NCBI RefSeq assembly: GCF_004010195.1
Contig: NC_057718.1
Location: 43,222,395 to 43,286,394 of the forward strand
Reading direction: 5' to 3'
DNA: 64,000 nucleotides
Source: Chiloscyllium plagiosum
Taxonomy: Eukaryota
Shown here: in pieces, positions 59,840-64,000 of the stretch
How positions within the stretch are numbered: the first letter of the stretch is position 1
Layout of the letters: every line of letters begins with the position of its first letter
Program-made: the position numbers and the translations under genes
The notes under the pieces: model-generated
What the model was told of the DNA's origin: nothing
Seen by the model: only the letters and a program-made list of their open reading frames with translations
The model's database searches: none

Positions 59840-61985
59840 CTAGAGGATCCTAGGCCTTCCCATGAAACCACACAGAATGGGTTAGGCCACAGCAAAGGGA
59901 AGAAACGTAGGAATTGAACCAGACAAAAGTTAACTGTAGTGTTTAATTGAAAAAAAAAGAACTGCACTGATATTTAGCAGTATGACTGTGAAGCAGCTTT
60001 CAACTTCTCATTCTTCTAGGATTTTTTCATGCAGATTTTGCTGTTGAACTTTTTAATGAGGTCTCTAAATGAAGAGAGAGAAGGAAGCCAGCCCTGCCAA
60101 AGGATGGGAATCCATAATGTGGATGCCATTGAACTAATAATAAAGAGAAATATCCCCATCAACAAAGGATTCAGACTGACAACTGTTTTACCTAGCAGTA
60201 CAGCGCATTGACTGAATGCAGTATTAGGTTCCATATGAACAGTCTGTAATTAGGCAACGGAGCAGCGTTGCATTGGCTGCTTCTTCTCATTGCATTTTTT
60301 CCACCTTAGATCAGTTACAGCCATTTAATTCCTTAATTGTTTTCAAGTCTTCCAGATATTTCTTAGGTTAGGAACTATGTCTATTTCAGGGAATAGTGAG
60401 CTTTACTCAGTCACGCAATACTGAAAATACTGCATTTATTTGCTGGCTGGAAAAACGATGGACAGTTATGAAGAACAAACAAAACTTTTTTTAAAACCTT
60501 TGTTGTTGATGTTGTTTATGGGTTTTTTGTACCAGCTTTACCACTACAGCCATTTTATTAATCTGTGAATTTATCTTAAGCAATAGTGAATGAGAAGGTG
60601 CATACTTTTTATGGATGCAATTTATGTTGAGTGCCAGTTCAGTCAAAATCCTCAACTTCTTTAACACACGGTAATACATAGCTTCAAGTTCATTATTGCA
60701 ATTAGATTACACCGTTATTAATAGGCTAGTTGATCTGACAATTGAATCCAACGCAACAAGATTATACACTAGCTTGCCCCAGTATACCTTGGAAATATGG
60801 TACTAATGTAAAATAATGTACTTTACAGGCATATTTATTAACCATTCAAAACATGACTGTTAAGGTGTAAATTTGATTTAGCATCTAATCAGATGTTTTT
60901 CCTCCCCCTTAAAAGCTACATTTGCTACATTTTAAAACAAATGAAGGCGCTAACCTGTACCAAGTACTCAAATGTCAGTATTAATAGCTGCTCCCTGTTG
61001 TACCATGTGACATCCTCTTCTGTGTACACTTATGTAATCAAAGATTGTGAGCCTAACCTGAGGTCATGTATTGGAAACAAAAAAAATGTTGTAGTTCAGC
61101 TTGCAATGTTTCATGTTTGCTGTGTTCTTCTAATTTTTAGTTGAATTCAAAGACTGTTGTCTTGTTCTTATTGTGGTGTTAGATTCTTGTGATTGTACGC
61201 ATTAGACACAGGGTAGAATTAGAGACAGTAATGGATGTAAAATTCCTCAGGAGATAGTGTATTCTATTCCTTACTGGTGATAAGATTGCTCCTATTAATA
61301 ATAAGAACAAATAGTTTAAGAATCAGAACAAATATCTCTTCCAACAATACACATTTAAATCATTAATTTAAAAAGGGATATTTTGTGTAACAGTTTATTG
61401 TAGAATAACAATGTATATCTTAGAAAAGAATTTGAATATTTCCAAACAATAGGTAAATGTCTAATTTTTAAATGCTGTAAATATAGCTATGTTCAAACAT
61501 CTCAAATGGTTGTTAAAACCAGCTTTGTGTCGTTACAAGTTTTTGGTGCAGACAAGTTTCCCAAACTACTGCTACATTGTGTGCTTTGAACAAAAAAAAA
61601 GAAAAAGACAAAAAGGTTGATGGTATGCATCAACCTTGTGCTATAAATACTGTGTATCATTAGCCGTACGAGACTATATAGTAGATTGTGGTTTCTCAGT
61701 AGAGAATTGACTGTACTGTGATTCTAGACTTTATTCATCATTAGCAGCTCATTCAGGTGGTCAATAACTTGAAGTTTATAGCTGTAATAGGGAACTAAGA
61801 AACTGGCACGACCCTTAAAAAAAAAATCCAACTCCTGGGAGTAAGGTGCTGATTTTGAGTAACAGGAGCTTAGCTCTGTGGAGTGCAAGGGAAGGATTTA
61901 AGGTTTATTTTGTTTATGCTTATGGTTAGAACCAGCAGCAAAATCTCATTTACCAGTGCTCAGAACAGCAAAATGAGATAGTTAA

Positions 61986-61991
61986 AATAAA
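61986..61991 (+). promoter_or_regulatory. Candidate proximal polyadenylation signal AATAAA
   Basis: AATAAA is followed ~25 nt downstream by a long T-rich tract (62016-62030). Confidence 0.4.
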
Positions 61992-62592
61992 GGTTCTATG
62001 TTTTAAGCTGTATCTATTTTTTTTTTCTTTATGATTATCTTTATTTTCTGTTTAATTATGGCAATATGATTGTGTGACTCTTCAACAGTTGCACTTGCAT
62101 TTCAATCAGAACAAATATTTATTCCACTATTTGCATTTTAAAAACAGACGAGTTTCAAAATAATATGAAAAAATTATAAACAGCTATTTTTCTTATATAG
62201 AACAGAATGTTGGGTGTTGGTGGTTGTATTTAAATTATTTATGCATCTGTGTTTACCTGCCAACAAACAATTTATGGCAGTCTTACATGCAAAGTTTAAA
62301 AGCAGAAAAAAAGTTTTAAAAAAGCTACAAATACCAGGAGTTGAAGTTTAACCTGTAGTGAAAAACCATGTCTGTAGGTCTAGGCAAGCTTTGTGCTTCA
62401 CATCTGTAAACAATCAACTGTATATTTTTGTGACGTGTATCATACTGTGTGCTCTGACAAATGTCCATTTGTGTAAATGTATTTATTTTATATTGTATAT
62501 ATTGTTAATGCAAAAGGAGACAATGATTCTGTAACTTTAATCAGTTCCAATGTGTACTCTAATTATGCCTTTCAGGATGATGGTAGAGCAAT

Positions 62593-62598
62593 ATTAAA
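62593..62598 (+). promoter_or_regulatory. Distal polyadenylation signal ATTAAA
   Basis: ATTAAA is preceded by several TGTA elements (e.g. 62472, 62494, 62530) and followed ~25 nt later by ttgagtttgt...gtgtattttttgg. Confidence 0.65.
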
Positions 62599-63616
62599 CA
62601 AGCTTCCACTTTTACATGCTTGAGTTTGTAGAACGTGTATTTTTTGGAAACACAGAGCTCAATAGAATTGGAATGACTAAGTTTTATGTTTTGGTTTTAA
62701 ACTCCTGTGATAATGGGACTCCAAACAGCCATTAATTTACTGATTTGCACAAATGCATTAGTTGTGGCCAGATTTTGTTCAAACTTCAGATCTCGATTGA
62801 ATATCTTGCTTTGGTACCACTACAATCTAAATTTAATGTCAAAAATGCTGCTATGCTTTGAAACAGAGACACAACGCTTAGAGTCCAATGTTCCATGAGA
62901 CCAGGCAAGGAGTTTGCAGATTCTTTCTGACCTGAACTATTGACCTTCACCACTACTGATCAAGTGCCACCTATAAAAGAGGATGGGAAAATCAGGCAGG
63001 CAGTGGCAACATTATCAGACCACTGACGATACATTTTCAGAGCAGCCTTGGTGATGAGATGTCTCTCAATCTCAATGACGTACTGCCCTAGGCAACTGAG
63101 ATGGAGTGAATGTATAAAATGAACAGATATCCTCAGAAACAAAGAAACACAAAAGAGGTGCTAGCTGTAGCTTGAAAAAAATATAGAATCTCTGTCAGAT
63201 CTTTTATTGTTGTTGCTAGTAATTTAACTGACCAACACCGATTTATCATCCCCAACACTGACATTTCATTCGTATATTCCACTTTACCAGTTGCCCACTG
63301 ATTGAGTTTGACTGCATTCTGAATAAAACAGAAAGCAGCAATGGCTTATTCATTATTGTAAAAAGTTCTACTTTTCTGTCATCACAGAAGTTTTGTCACC
63401 CAAAACGTGCACAGCACTTAGCAGGGAAGAACCAGAGTTCCTAAGTGCGAAGTGTATGGCAGAGTGCTAAGATAAACTTAATGAGAATTGATATATGAAC
63501 AGCTAATTTGATCAGTCATATTCAGGATAGTTGGAAATAATGTTTTGTTTTCATTGACTGTTCCATCAATGTCTCATACTTCCTCTTTTTATGTAGCTAC
63601 TCAGAGAAAGAGAGGT

Positions 63617-64000
63617 GAACAAAGAACAGTACAGCACAGGAACAGGCCCTTCAGCCCTCCAAGCCTGCGCCGTGACATTTTGCCCTTCCATACTAAAACT
63701 ATCTTCATTTACAGGATCTGTATCCCTCTATGCCCTTCCTATTCATGTATTCGCCCAAGTGCTTTTTGAGTGCTGTTATCATGTCTGTTTTCACTACCTC
63801 CTCTGGCAAAGCATTCCAGAAACTCACCACACTTGTGAAAAACTTGCCTTGCACATCTCTTTTAAACTTGCCCCCTCACCCCTTGAACCAGTGTCCCCCA
63901 GTACTTGACTCCCTTCACTCTGGGAAAAAGCCTCATACTTTCCACTCTATCCATGCCATTCACAATCTTATAAACTTTATCAGGTCACCCCTTAACCTCC
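63617..64000 (-). mobile_element. CR1 LINE 3' end (continues beyond window)
   Basis: It has a gaacaaagaacagtacagcacaggaacaggcccttcagccc tail and the reverse ORF2 C-terminus, similar to 6562-6940. Confidence 0.85.

Larger units (their letters stand above)
59840..62620 (+). other. ESRRG: ESRRG 3' UTR (approx. 2.8 kb)
   Basis: Repeat-free AU-rich sequence after the stop, ending at ATTAAA (62593-62598) followed by a GU/U-rich downstream tract. The end position is approximate. Confidence 0.75.

Noticed and set aside
61247..61253. miR-378-5p-like site TCAGGAG
   Set aside because: Only a 6mer match, and the microRNA is not known to me in sharks.
390..63908. The many 60-150 aa ORFs in the track
   Set aside because: Apart from those overlapping ESRRG exons or TE remnants, they lack recognisable domains or splice context and are expected by chance in 64 kb.
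1..64000. CRISPR arrays, rRNA, prokaryotic operons or horizontally acquired segments
   Set aside because: No regularly spaced repeats, rRNA motifs or gene-dense segments; everything fits a vertebrate gene with TE-containing introns.

Overview
Eukaryotic, AT-rich genomic DNA from a cartilaginous fish; the taxon is inferred from HE1-type and SacSINE1-like SINEs and CR1/HER1 LINEs, so probably a shark. The window holds the 3' half of the estrogen-related receptor gamma gene (ESRRG) on the + strand. Four coding exons (19327-19437, 23014-23175, 56602-56871, 59595-59839; 111/162/270/245 nt) are joined by phase-1 GT-AG introns and encode the end of the DNA-binding domain, the hinge and the whole ligand-binding domain. 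A ~2.8 kb 3' UTR follows. The 5' exons lie upstream of the window. The introns contain CR1 LINE fragments (some nested), tRNA-derived SINEs, Penelope-like elements with hammerhead-ribozyme cores, decayed PIF/Harbinger DNA transposon remnants and many repeat-free, motif-dense blocks that look like conserved enhancers. There is one assembly gap (32588-32876). The most notable observations are: (1) the ESRRG stop is in the UGA-CUAG readthrough context and is followed by a 25-codon open extension ending in KGKKRRN; (2) a young Penelope insertion has a perfect 15-bp target-site duplication and an intact hammerhead core, and several related fold-back elements occur nearby; (3) Harbinger transposase and Myb/SANT remnants are missed by the ORF track. 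No database searches were run. Family names and human comparisons come from recall and need verification.
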